A stretch of DNA of 63,584 nt, filler included, from Olpidium bornovanus S191 (taxonomy: Eukaryota; Fungi; Olpidiomycota): NCBI GenBank assembly GCA_017911155.1. It is 30 parts of 30 records of this genome, joined end to end, with 100 filler letters (N's around TTAATTAATTAA, not from the genome) between each part and the next. Parts side by side here need not be neighbours in the genome. Positions count along the whole stretch, not along the records: positions 43,532 to 47,172 come from JAEFCI010008176.1; positions 47,273 to 48,287 come from JAEFCI010013141.1; positions 48,388 to 50,146 come from JAEFCI010009515.1; positions 50,247 to 57,040 come from JAEFCI010007301.1; positions 57,141 to 58,643 come from JAEFCI010007881.1; 25 more parts are not named here. One strand, 5' to 3'. Shown here in pieces: positions 45,900 through 58,090 of this stretch. Within the stretch, counting starts at the first letter, position 1. Every line of letters starts with the position of its first letter. Below the pieces are notes generated by a model. That model ran no database searches. It saw only the letters and a list, made by a program, of their open reading frames with translations, and had not been told where the DNA came from. A program made the position numbers and the translations under genes.

Positions 45900-47172
45900 T
45901 CACGCGTATCCTCTTTCCAGCTCCGTCTTCTGCTGAGCAAATTCCGGCGAGCGCGCCTCGCTCGCGCCGCCGGATCTCCGCCCGATCCGCTTCCCCTCCT
46001 GGTGGAGGCTGGCGACGAGCTCGTCGGCAGACATGGGAGCGGGCGGGGCGCGCCCGTCTCCCGCGCCGCCGCGCCGTCCGAAGAGGGTGAACAGCGCCAG
46101 GTCGCCGCCGCTCTCCTTCTCCCGGTTTATCCTCTCGACCTCCCTCTCCCTCTCTCGCTCCTTCCCCCGCCGGGCCAGCTGGGCCCTCCGCGCCCGGGCC
46201 GTGTGGCGCGCCCGGGCGAGAAGGAAGTTCTCGAACGTCTGCGTCATCGTCGTGATCTCCTTGTTCCGCCGCTTAATCTCCTTTTCCAGAAAGGACGCCA
46301 GGTTTTCCTTTTCCCGGTACCGCTTCGTCAGCGACTGGTGCTCCGACAACAGGAACTCGTACTTCGTCGACATGTCCTCAAACGACCCTTGGATCTCCGA
46401 CGTTTCCTAAGCGATTTGCGCGTTTCAGACAAATTGTGAGAACGGTGTTTTGCGCCGCGGACCACCGGTGTCTGGTAAATGTCAAGTAGAGGGCTTGCCC
46501 GCGATATGCGCTTGAGCATGTTTTCAATGGTGTTTTCGCCTTCCCCGCGGGCGTCCAAGTTCAGTCGGATAACCTTGTGGCGGAGATGTTCCTTTTCTTG
46601 GCTCAAGGAGTTGGCCTTTTCGTTCGCGATATCCAACAGCCGCTGAAATGAACGGAAGAGGTTGTCAGTCCCCATCTCGTGACGCCTATACGTCGGCAGT
46701 ATGCTCTCGTCCTTGAACACCGTTGCGTCCAAACCTGGAACTCGGCATCGCTCCTGATCTTGGCCTCCTCGCGCTCGTTGAGCAACCGGTTTTTGTTGTC
46801 TATGGTGCCGATCAAATCCTTGATGCGGACCTCGAGCGTCTTTATGTGCGCCTGGAGCTTGTCACACTTGGATTCGAGCGAGCTGTTGTTCCGCTGCAGG
46901 AGCCCGATGAGGTTCTTCTGCTCCGTCTCTTGGTCGAGTTTCACGCGGTCGATCTCGCGCGCGTGCTCTTTTCTTAAAACCTCGATGTCCTGCGTTGTCG
47001 GATTTTACGTTCAATAAGTAAATAATTAAGATAAACGGTATATAAAAAACAAAAGGGGGGGAAAGTGGGATGGCGACGCGATGGATGCAAAATTCCGTTC
47101 GGAAAGGGTTGCGCAACCATTTCGTGCTTTTGCATCAGGCTCTGCAGGTCCGACCCTTCAATCAGCGACATG
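45900..47172 (-). CDS. Long coiled-coil hypothetical protein, multi-exon, partial
   Basis: Heptad-rich exons (KLDQETEQKNLIGLLQRNNSSLESKCDKLQAHIKTLEVRIKDL; EHQSLTKRYREKENLASFLEKEIKRRNKEI). No family recognised. Confidence 0.55.
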
Positions 47173-48201
47173 NNNNNNNNNNNNNNNNNNNNNNNNNNNN
47201 NNNNNNNNNNNNNNNNTTAATTAATTAANNNNNNNNNNNNNNNNNNNNNNNNNNNNNNNNNNNNNNNNNNNNCATGTTCTTCGACAGCTGCCCTCTTGAG
47301 GTCACATCGAGGGGCGAGAATCACGTCTAACAAGCGGAGATATCCGCATAACACGGAGTCTTCCCCACCTGAATCTGATTGCTGTCGAGGAGAGTCAGGA
47401 TTAACGGGCGTGCCTAATTTCGCTCGACCCTGGGTCGCAGGTATTTTTAACAGACTTCACGTACTTCGCGAACGGGTAACGACTTAATCGCGTTTATCAA
47501 CTGGGGAACGACGCCCGTTACCATCATTTCGAACTCTGGCCGATTTCTTTCGACAGGCCTAGAGCGTGGCATCGTTAGCGTCGGAAGGCAGGCATAAAAA
47601 AAAAATGGAAAATAAGGAGAAAACAATAAAAAGCTTTTGGTACAGAGGCAAAAGAGAATGAGCAGTCGACGTTACTACCGTAATAATTGAACGAGTAGTT
47701 CGAAAAACTCCTTGCAAGAGTCGATCCGATCGCTCACGTCGCTTAGAAGCTCAAAGAGCAAACGAACGATAAAGTCGAAGTGCTCTGCCTTTTCGCCGCA
47801 GGATTCATCCATTCTGACGGTAGAACGAAGATTTAGCAGAAAATGCGACGTCGCATCTGGAATGGATGGTCTTCGCCAAAGCAGGCAAAAGAAAAGCCGG
47901 CAGTGGAAACCTCTCTAGACAGCCCGACGTGGCGCACCTCTGCAAGGACTGGCCGCAAAACTCGTAAATGTGCTGTGCCGCGCCGTGCCGAAGGCTTGCG
48001 CTGCGGCATCCAACAAGCACGTCAAACAGCAGGCCACGAGCGCCGAGTTGGCAGATTTTCGTGAGCCCCTGCGGCAACCGGTTGGACCAGTCGAGAAGAA
48101 GCTTGAGGCCGTGCGAAACGATTTCTTCGTCTTGGACATCTACGATGCGGACACCGTTGGCGACCATCGTGCATCGGAGCGATCCGTCTGCGCTCGGGCC
48201 G

Positions 48202-48268
<67 letters not shown>

Positions 48269-48755
48269 CCCCCCCCCCCGCCCCCCCNNNNNNNNNNNNN
48301 NNNNNNNNNNNNNNNNNNNNNNNNNNNNNNNTTAATTAATTAANNNNNNNNNNNNNNNNNNNNNNNNNNNNNNNNNNNNNNNNNNNNGAAGGAAAGATCT
48401 GCCGACCACGAATTTCGCGAATTCCACAAAAGAACGAAAGAAAAAACAAAAGGAAATGCCTGCTGACCGCGTATCCCCGCCAAACAAAAACAAAAAAAAA
48501 AAAAAAAAAAAAAAAAAAAACAAAAAAAAAACCAAAAAAAAAAACAAAAAAAAAAACACAAAAAAAAAAAAAAAAAAAAAAAAACCGCCGGCGCGCGCGC
48601 CGTGACCTCGGGAGGCAGACGCTTTTTTCTTTCTCGCCTTGGGCGCGAGTTTCCCCGCGCGCCCCCCGCGGAGCATCGAAGCGCGTGCGGACGGCCGCCG
48701 CACGCGCGCTTCGCGCGAAACGCACCACCCTCGCACCCCCGCGCTCTGCCCGGCA

Positions 48756-50054
48756 ATGCCCGCCGCGCGTCCCGCGAGCCGGCCGGGCGAGGCGGCGCCG
48801 CGCCCGCCCCGCCGCGTCGTGATCTGCGGCGCCGGGATAGTCGGCGTGTCCACGGCGTACTACCTGTCGCGCGCGGCGGACCGCGACCTGGACGTGACGG
48901 TCGTGGACAGCCTGGGCGTCGCGCAGTGCGCGAGCGGCAGGGCCGGCGGGTTTCTCGCCCTGGGCTGGAGCGACGGCGCGCCGCTGGAGCCGCTGTCCCG
49001 CGCGGGCTGGGCGCTCCACATGGACCTCTGGGCCGAGCTCAAGAAGGACGTCGGCTACCGCCACGTGCACGCCTTCGCCGCGACCGTCGACGCTCGCAGG
49101 CCGGCCTCCGGCGGCGGGGACGCGGCGGCGGCCAAAGCCCACCCTGCCCTGACGTCGTGGCTGCGCCACGTCACTTCGCACCAGCCGATGTGCGCTCCAC
49201 GAGACTCGGCCCAGGTGCACCCGGGGAAGCTCACGAACCACCTTATGGCCCTCGCCAAGGAGAAGGGCGTGCGGTTCCGTCTCGGCACGGCCGAGGGGCT
49301 AAGGTACCGCGACCCCGACGCGGAGGTCCCCACCGTCGCCGCGGTCGTGGTCGACGGGGAGGAAGTGCCCGCGGACGTTGTCGTCATCGCCATGGGACCG
49401 TGGTCCGGCCGCGCGTCCCGCTGGCTGCCGTCGCGCTCCGATTTCCCCTCGGCCATCACCGGCAGCGTTGCGTACAGCATCGTTCTCAAGCCGGAGGCCG
49501 TCCTTCCCGCGCAGGCCGTCTTTCTGGATTACCGCGACGACCACGGGACCAACGACGCGGAGGTTCGGAAGGGACCGGTCCGCTGCGGTCGCGTTCTTCA
49601 CGCTTGTCGGCCGCGGCGCCGCGGCTGCTGACGATCGTTCGTGCGGGTCTTTTTTCGCCAGATCTACCCGCGTCCCGACGAAGTGTATTTGTGCACCGCC
49701 CACCCGGACGCTCCGCTGCCGGACCGTCCGTCCGATGTCAAAATCTCCGAAACCGTCTCGCGACGGCTGCTCGAGATTGCGCAGACGGCCTCGCCGTTGT
49801 TGGAGGGGGTGGCGGAGCCCGAGACCCGACAGACCTGCTTTCTCCCGCTTTCGCCGGACGGGAAACCGCTAATCGGCCACGTCGCGGGGGTGGAAGGCGT
49901 CATCGCCGCCACCGGCCACTCGTGCTGGGGTATCTTATCCGGGCCGGTGACGGGTAAAGTGGTCAGTGAGATTATTGTGGGCGGGAGGGCGGAATCGGTG
50001 GACATCGCGTCGTACGAAGCAGCCAGATTCGCGCGGAGGGGGTCTCGACATTGA
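48756..50054 (+). CDS. FAD-dependent oxidoreductase, DAO/glycine oxidase family (TDA3-like), 2 exons, complete
   Basis: VVICGAGIVG (GxGxxG), ASGRAGGFLA, AQVHPGKLT, VIAMGPWS; intron 49563-49661; IYPRPDEVYLC, QTCFLPLSPDGKPLIG, ATGHSCWGILSGPVTG. Confidence 0.95.
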
Positions 50055-50246
50055 GCGGGAGTGGACGACTGGGACGACCGTCGTTGGTCGCATTGGCGGA
50101 CTAACACGAAGCAAAAAAAAAAAAAAAAAAAAAAAACGAAGATCCCNNNNNNNNNNNNNNNNNNNNNNNNNNNNNNNNNNNNNNNNNNNNTTAATTAATT
50201 AANNNNNNNNNNNNNNNNNNNNNNNNNNNNNNNNNNNNNNNNNNNN

Positions 50247-50710
50247 CATGATTGATCTTCAGCGAGAATCGGATGCTTTGGTTTAGGGCAGAGTCATACG
50301 TCGCTATCCGGGGTCGATTGGGCTCTCGGATGATCTGCATCGTCAGCGCATCAAGCGTCTCATTGCACTTAGAGACTGAACCTTCGCAGCTCTTCTAAGT
50401 GCATTTGGCGACCTTTGACAATGATAAGGTCGCAGTTGTGCGGTGGAAACTGCTTGCGAGGTGCTGATTTGCGCTCCGGCCACGTCTTTATCGTCTGCAG
50501 GCCGGGATCAGGCCTTCCGACGCTTTGTGTTCGTAATCCGGGCCAGAACGTGTAGGCAGCGCCTTCTGCTTTGTCATTGCGAAGGAGACTTTATCCTCCT
50601 CGCGCATCTCTGCTGCGCCCATGAAGGTTCCACATTAATATTCCTCAAAGATCATGATCTGCTGCTGCGTCGTGTTGGCACCCGAGAACTGCGGGTTGTT
50701 AGAAAGAAAC
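50247..50710 (-). mobile_element. Possible degenerate retrotransposon gag remnant
   Basis: NNPQFSG...QIMIFEEY*...MREEDKVSFAM... with interspersed stops. The resemblance is weak. Confidence 0.3.
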
Positions 50711-53700
50711 CTTAATCCTGAAATCTATTATCTCGGCCAGGAGCTGTCCGACCCAGATGAACAACGACCGTTGGAAACAGCACAGTGAATTTCTACTTAA
50801 TGTGACCAAAGGTGTCTAATTCTGACCACTCTCCGCTAAGATATTTGCCGCCGACTTCGAAATTTATCGCGTTATTGACCAGTGATAATGATAAATTAAC
50901 TTGCGTAATGCGATGGGCGATGGGACTAAGGGGATTCAAGGGGGAAGATTGAACGTGATGCGAGCAGCCGGGGGAAAGCGCGGGAAGGGGGCACATGGGC
51001 TCTCGAATCGCCTGGCGCTCCTGCTCCAAGCCCTCTGCCCCGCCGCCGGGAGCGGCCACAATTGGCTCAAACATTAAGGTGAACGGTTGCGCTCGCCGGC
51101 GACGTCTGGTTTCTGAGTAGCACCATCACTCAAACCTAACCCCGGCCAACGCTGCTCGAACTCCGCGCGTCGGCCACCTTCGATGCGAATATCCACTCCG
51201 TTCCAACAATCGATCGATGACCTGCTGGGTTTGCCCGGCACCCGCCATATTCACCTGCTTCTGCGCGAGCGCGCGCCTGTCGTTCTGAGAGAAAGCTCGC
51301 GAAAAAGCTCTGTTACCGTGTCGAAAACATCGCTTCCAACCGCAGTTGCCCCAGTGGGGTCGGCAGCCCAGTTGGCTGTCTACATCGTCGCATTGCGTGT
51401 TGTCTTTGATGAACACGGGCGGCAGCGGAAGCTGTTCCACCCGTCGGGCCACACCCACGAGTGATTTGACGCGTTCCGCTCTCCCCCACCGTCGCGACGT
51501 GCACCAAAAGGCGCCGCCTCATCTGTCCCGCCGGGAGCGCCCCTGTGGGGTCTTACCCTGCGGTAATGCTCCGTTGATAACAGGGGCCGGCAGCGGTGAT
51601 GGCCAGCCGGGGGAAACTTTTTCGGCGTCCTTCGTTGCGCAAAACCGGCTTAAGCTTGCCCCGTTGACGTGCCGTCGATCCCACATCTCGTCGCCGTCGC
51701 CTCGCCAGTCGCCTGTCGCGTGCTACGCCCGCCCTGCCCCTCGCCTGCGCCGCCGGAGCCGACCGAGGCGATGGCCCCTCGGCAGGCGACTGCTGAGCAT
51801 TACCCCTCCGGCTCGCGCCGACGAGTTCGGGGTTTTGTGTTGTCTGGTTTTATTTCGTTTTGGTCCCGCGGACGGTGTGAGGTTTCTACGTCTGCGGAGG
51901 GAATTGGGGGCGGGAAAGGGTCACTTTTCCTTTTACCGCGTTGGTTTTATTTTGTTTTGGTCACAGATCCACACTGCGTCCACCTCTCCGGCCGTGTGAA
52001 GTTTCTATTTCTTCGGGGGAAGGTGCGAGGGAACAACAGTATGCGACTACGGTCGCCAAAAAAAAAAAAAAAAAGAAAATGCGCCCCGTCCGATCCGCAA
52101 GCCTTCGCCGATGTCGCTTTCGGTTGACCCATCGACGGTCGCGGCATCACATAGACGCCCCTCCCCCCCATCGATTGCTTCCAACCGTCCGATGCCTCAA
52201 CTCCACCCACTTCTTCGTTCGCCTCCTCGACGCGCGCCCGTAGCCACCGTCCGCCGCAGCCTCCTGCACCCGCCTGCGCCAGTCGCCTCCCGCCCGGCAT
52301 TGACCCCACGGCGTTTACGCCGCATGGGGGCGTCGTGCTCCGGAAAGCCGCCGTAACGGGGCGCCGGCCTGTCTCATCCCTCCTCGCCGCCGAACGCGCG
52401 CCCCGGGCAAGTTCACGTCACGCCTTGGGTGCTTCTGTGACGGCCCTCGTCGGAGGAGCTGCTGGACCTTGTCGTGCCTGCAAAACGCGCATCCGGCCAG
52501 GCGTCACGCCGCGAGTGGTCGGATCCTTTGATGAGGAAACAACGGCCGTTCGTTGGCGGCTTTTGCCGCAATTTTGCGTCGGCCGCGACAATTCAACCGT
52601 TTTGGGCTTCGCAAGTGCAGAGGCTTGATGGAGACACGCCAAACGGGCGCGGCGTGAACGAGGCTGATCCGAAAAGTTGGCGGCGTTGATGGAAAGACGC
52701 CGGCGCCGTTTGGGGTGGCAAACGCCCTCCATGACGTAAACCGCGGCACTTGCCGGGAGGGACCCAAAACCAAAAAAATGTCCTGCGTCTCAACCGCTTG
52801 GAAGTTGTTCGCATCGATAAACACCGTACTCCTCGGCGGGAATAACGCGGTTTTGGCTTTTCGCGCGCAGTTTACGATGCCCGACGGGACAATCGGCACT
52901 GGCGAAGGTCCATCGGAATGTCAGAGGGCGACACCGCCTTTCACCGACGCTTAGGGCTGCGGACGCGATAACCCGTTCCGAGTTCTTAATGTCGATGACG
53001 AAGACGGCCGTGGTCGTTTCGTCCAAGTAAGAGGTCATCGAGACCCTTCTCGACGACAAGAAGCGGTACCAGAACCCATCTGCCGCCGATAGCCGTGCAG
53101 ACATTGGTGGTGCCCTGCGGCGTAGACCTTGAGTTGTTGAAGCCGCGCACTGTGCCACGGCATAGGACCAACGGCCGGCGCTTGCAACAACGCTTATAGA
53201 AAGCCCATGACATCCGGTCACCCTGGGAAGCGGAAGTTGTTAGGCAGAGGGCGTGCCTGCCGTTTGCTTCGACAGATCCGTACGCCTTACTTGCGAGACG
53301 GAGCTTCGAGGAGAGTGGTTTCGTATTCCTCGGCACCACCATCGTCGTCTGCCGCGGCAGCATCGCCGTCGACGGCGGCGTTTTGCGTGGTCGTGGCGCC
53401 GGCCAAGCCGCCCGTGGTGGAGCTAACCTCGATAGCACCGTGGTTCTAGAATTGAACCGAACCAGAAGGTTCACATTCAAAACGGTAGAAAGGCAGGGCG
53501 CGCCCGTGGGGGAACCGGCCCGCCTTCCAGACCGTCAGTGGGAGCGACTACGCGAACAATCGCCAGCGGAAAACTTCCTGCCTCACGAGCTTGCGGAAAT
53601 TCGGAATGCCCACGGTCTCGAGCCAACCGGGGCCTCGTCGATACCATGGTCATTGTTTGGCCCGGGCCAAAAAAGATCAGGTCGTCTGGACAGCAGACGC

Positions 53701-54164
53701 GGGCAGTCACTAGACAGGGCCACCAAAGCAGAATACCACGGTGCGTGCGTTTTTCCAAGAAGGGGCGACTGCTGTGATCATTGCCAACTTATCGCAAGAC
53801 GCCGGAGGGTGAGTGCATCAAATGGCGGGTTAGCCTTGGTCGTCCAGGCTTGGTGAAAAGCATTAATTCCAATAGGATCGGAATATATGAGGTTAATAGA
53901 GAACTGCCGATGGAGAGATCAATTCTTTGCGTCGGGGAACATACCCACCGTATATTGTCCCCAAAGACCGCTGAGGCCGGTTTAACATCTCCGGATGAAG
54001 CTGCCAGTTTGAATGGTCGGCGCTGGTAGCACCGGTGCAAACCAACGTTGCTGACGCCGTCGGTTCTTCACTCCCCCCCTCACTCTCCAACTTTTTTTAT
54101 GCGGCGTGGTCGCTTTGCGGGATGCGACTCGCTCTGAAGAAAGAGAGAAAGAGAGAAAGAGAGC

Positions 54165-54236
54165 GCGAGATGAAGGCCGCTGTAGACCGCAACAAAAGAT
54201 GCGAGATGAAGGCCGTTGTAGACAGCAACAAAAAAC
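54165..54236. repeat. 2 x 36-bp tandem duplication
   Basis: GCGAGATGAAGGCCG(C/T)TGTAGAC(C/A)GCAACAAAA at 54165 and 54201. Confidence 0.9.
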
Positions 54237-55290
54237 GCGGCTTCCCCGCTAAAGAGAAGCGCCGGAGAGTTTTGCGGCGGCCGGCCGCGGGGGTTTTTTT
54301 ACTTCGTGTTCCTCTTTTGGCGCAAAAAAGCACGCTCGAGCCCAGCCGGTTTTCCCCCAACACACAAGGGTAATCCCACAGGCCCCGAGGTTTCCTCGGC
54401 GGTACCCGAGGCGACGACCCGGACGAAGCTGGGGGGCGGCCGCAGCCAACATTCAACCGTCGCTCTCGGGCGGCCGCAACCAACATTCGACCTTCGCGAT
54501 CCGCGCGCGTTTTGAGAGTGTGCGGGGAGGTGGGGTCGGCCTACAGGTGCGGTGCCCCTCCATTCGCTCCCAGCAAACTTCCTTTCTGCAAGCAGCAGGC
54601 CGGCGAAGAGCCACCTTCGCCGCGTGGAAAGTGGCCGCGCTAAGGCAGAGAGACGCAAACACTAGGTACCGACGCGACCCGGGAGGACGCAGGGCTCTCT
54701 ATACCGGCGCCTCCGACCCCGGCTTTGCAGCCGGCTGCGCATCTCACGGGTGGTGGGCACGGCGGTAGGCAAAAAAGATTCGGGCGGTTTGTCCCGTTAA
54801 CGGCGCGCGAGATCTCTAAGCGCACCCGAAAACAGCAGAACGCGCGTCGTACATACAGACAGACGTTTCTGGGCAGGCACAAAAGCCACCTCGGGAAAAC
54901 GTCCGCCGCTGCTCCGTTTCGCCGCCGCGGAGGGCACCGCGGTGAGCTTTCCGCGCATATCCCGCGGGGAGGGTGGGGGGGGGGGCCTAAGGGGGGGGGG
55001 GGGGGGGGGGGGAGGGGGGGGGGGGGGGGGGGGGGGGGAGAACGGCGCGGGGCTGATGACGAAAAAAAAGTTCCTAACTGAGCCTCGGCGGTGCCGGCGT
55101 GTGTTCCGCGCGCAGCCAGGAACGGCTCTCTCAGTCTGAAAAACTCTTCGTCTCTCCCTGTCGTCTCTGTCTCCCTGTCGTCGTCTCCTCTCTCTTCTTT
55201 TCCGCCGTCATAACCGCGTTGTCGTTCCCGCTCTCGTCTTTCTCTTCGCCAGGGGACGACTTTCGCGCTCGCTTTTTTTTTCCTCTTTTT

Positions 55291-55324
<34 letters not shown>

Positions 55325-56550
55325 CGCCCCCCGTTTGGGGCCCCAAACCCCTTCCCACCCCCCCCAAAAAAAAAAAAAAAAAAAAAAAAAGCAACCGCGC
55401 TGCGGAGAGCGATTCCCCTCCTTCCCCAACAACAACAAGGGAAGGAAAAAGAGGGGGCGTTCTCGCCTTCCTCCCCCTCTCCCCCACTTCCCGGGCAGGA
55501 CCTAAATCGCGACTATCTGGGAACCTGCGCTCCGGCCCCGCCGGCCGTTGCTCCCCTGCGTGCCATTTCCGGCCGCTCGTCCAAATTTGAGCAGATGTGC
55601 GAACGCCTGGCGACAGACCGTGTTCGGGCGGGCGTGCGGGCGGGCGGACCGCTTCTGAAACCGCGAGAAAGTGCAATTCGTCTTCCTCGGACAGAGCGGC
55701 CGACGAAAAAAGAAAAACGAAAAAGGAAGAAAAAAAAAACGACGAAAACAAAAAAGAAAAGAAAAAAAAAGAAAAGAAAAGAAAAGAAAAGAAAAAGGAA
55801 AGAAAAAAAATTGGTTGCGAGCACGCGCCAGGCGTGGCAGTACGTGGGACTTTGACGAGATCGGAAAAACAAGGGAAAAAAACCGGGAGAAGGAGCACAC
55901 GCGCGGCATCATCAGTACTTCGGCGGGTAATGGTAGTCGTCATCGTCGTCGTTCGAGGGGTTTTCGGGGAGGTTTGGCGGCCGGGTGGCTAAACGTCCGC
56001 TACTGGGAGCCGACGTCGTCAAACGCGTCGAAGATTTTTTCCGCGAGGTCGTCCGTGCGCTCCGCCGGGCGGCCGCCGTCCCCCGGAAGGGCCGGCCTGG
56101 CGGCGCCCTCTTGCGCCGGCATCCTTCTCAGGTTCCCCTCGACCGCGTCCCGCACGAGGCACGCGCCCTGGGCGACCATGCCCACGAGGCCCACCTTGTC
56201 GGGGCTCAGCACGTGGTGGTGGTGCGGCGCGGCCGGGTGCTGCGCGGCGACGCTGTCCTCCTTCGTCGGCAGACCTGCCGCGCCCGGCGGCGGCGGCGGC
56301 GGCCGGCTGCGGGCGCCCGTGAGGCACAGGGGCGGGGAGGGGCCGGCGGGGCCGTGCGCCGGCGCCGGAGAGGCGGCGTCGAGCGGGGGCCGGTTCGCCG
56401 CGGCGGAGCGCATGATCTGCTCTCTCTCTCTCTCGCTCGCTCGCTCTCTCTTCTTTTTCTTTTTTTGTTGTTTTCCAACGGAGCGGAGCGGACACTCCTC
56501 TTGTTCTTCTTCTTTCCTCTTTTTTTTTCGTGGGGGCCGTGCGTGTGAAA

Positions 56551-56583
<33 letters not shown>

Positions 56584-56597
56584 GCGATGGGCGGTTT

Positions 56598-56845
56598 TGA
56601 GGGCAAGGAAAACAGATGAAATTCCGAAGAAATCGAATTGAATAAATTTGAGGGCAAAGCACCAAGGAAACAGATGAATTCGGAAGAAATTGATTTGAAG
56701 AAACTTGAGGGCAAAACACCCAAGGGAACAGATGAATTCCGAACGAGGCTCTCGATGAATCGAATTGAAGAAGTTTGTGAGGGCAAAACACCCAAGGGAA
56801 CAGATGAATTCCGAACGAGGCTCTCGATGAATCGAATTGAAGAAA
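56598..56845. repeat. Four degenerate tandem units of 51-72 bp
   Basis: Each begins TGAGGGCAA and contains AACAGATGAA(A)TTC. The last two are near-identical. Confidence 0.88.
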
Positions 56846-56968
56846 GTGTCTTTCTTTTGTTCTTTCCGCCCTCTCTCCGAGATCCGTTGCGCGTCGCTGC
56901 GTTCGTTCTGCGCCCTGGCCGGCGGACGTTCCTCTCCTTCCCCGCCCGCCCGGGCCGCTCTCGAAGAA

Positions 56969-57002
<34 letters not shown>

Positions 57003-57140
57003 CCCCCCCCCCCCCCCCCCCCCCCCCGCGGGAAAAAAAANNNNNNNNNNNNNNNNNNNNNNNNNNNNNNNNNNNNNNNNNNNNTTAATTAATTAANNNN
57101 NNNNNNNNNNNNNNNNNNNNNNNNNNNNNNNNNNNNNNNN

Positions 57141-57260
57141 ATCAATAATCTTCCGGCCGAAAGACGGACTCGCAGAACCTGTGAGCGCCCGCGATATGTC
57201 AGATCAAAAAAAAAAACTATTTACCGCGGATCGGACGTGGAAAAAATCTTGGCGAGCATG
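57141..57260. repeat. Exact 120-bp reverse-complement copy of 28930-29049
   Basis: Base-by-base identity including the 11-nt A/T run. Identity stops right after CATG. Confidence 0.93.
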
Positions 57261-57859
57261 CAGGGGGGCAGCCAGTCAGAGACAGACAGGCGAAAATGTT
57301 CTCCGACCGGAATGACATCACATTTGACGAGCACCGCCAATTTGATCCGCCACGCCACCGATTACCCGCTTCTTCCCGTTTACTCACTGATCTCAACTGC
57401 CCTTTAGATCGCCAATGGAAAAGGTATTCCTTGTCTGCCAATCCCTGAGAGTGCGAAAAAAAATCTGAATTGTCCTGTACTGCGGACAGCTCAAGTTGCG
57501 AGTCTTTCTTATTTACCACTGCGCGTTGTTTACGTCACGGTGGAAGAGGTACGGGTGGGTTCGTGTTCGTTGGGTTCGGGTCTGTGACGGTTGTTTGGGT
57601 GGAGTTCGCGCTATTTATGCCCGCTGTCGATGGCACGCGCCACCGCCTTGCCGGCAGCGGGGGCAGGAGAGGAAGGATGGAACGGGAGCGTTTGACAGCA
57701 CCTCACAGCACCGGACCAAGCGTTTGACAGCACAGCGTTTGACGGCACGCGCGCGCGTGGAACCCGAGTTTGTCGCCAGATCAATCGTCGCACGCAAAAT
57801 GTCCAACGGCCACGCCTCGTGCTCCGTTACTTAGACCCTCAGGCGACCGCGGGGGTTAA

Positions 57860-58090
57860 AAGCTCTTAAAATGGACAACGACGTGCAGCAGAGCTCGCAT
57901 CAAATGCCACAATAACACGTAGTTCGAAGCATATCAAACAAAATGCCGTAATCTTCGGTGGAGCTTCGTCGAGGGCATCGTCGAGATCCAGCGCGTCGCA
58001 TCGCGCGAAAACCCGGCCGATATGTTTGCGAAGTCTCTGGAAAAAATTCGGCTTTCAAGCTTCCGAGGTCGTGCCGGGGCACGTCGCGTC
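57860..58090 (+). mobile_element. Degenerate Ty1/copia RNase H remnant
   Basis: LKMDN, RSSKHI (frameshifted), then VEGIVEIQRVASRENPADMFAKSLEK. Confidence 0.65.

Noticed and set aside
48602-49957. 451-aa ORF overlapping the oxidoreductase
   Set aside because: Arg/Gly/Pro-rich alternate frame of GC-rich coding DNA.
50790-54050. Scattered 80-160-aa ORFs in the largest contig
   Set aside because: No family motif or coherent exon chain could be supported by eye.
56598-56845. Possible CRISPR array
   Set aside because: The inter-repeat segments are homologous to each other, so this is a tandem repeat.
57550-57770. GGGTTCG and CGTTTGACAGCAC short repeats as hAT-like subterminal motifs
   Set aside because: No TIR or TSD could be delimited.
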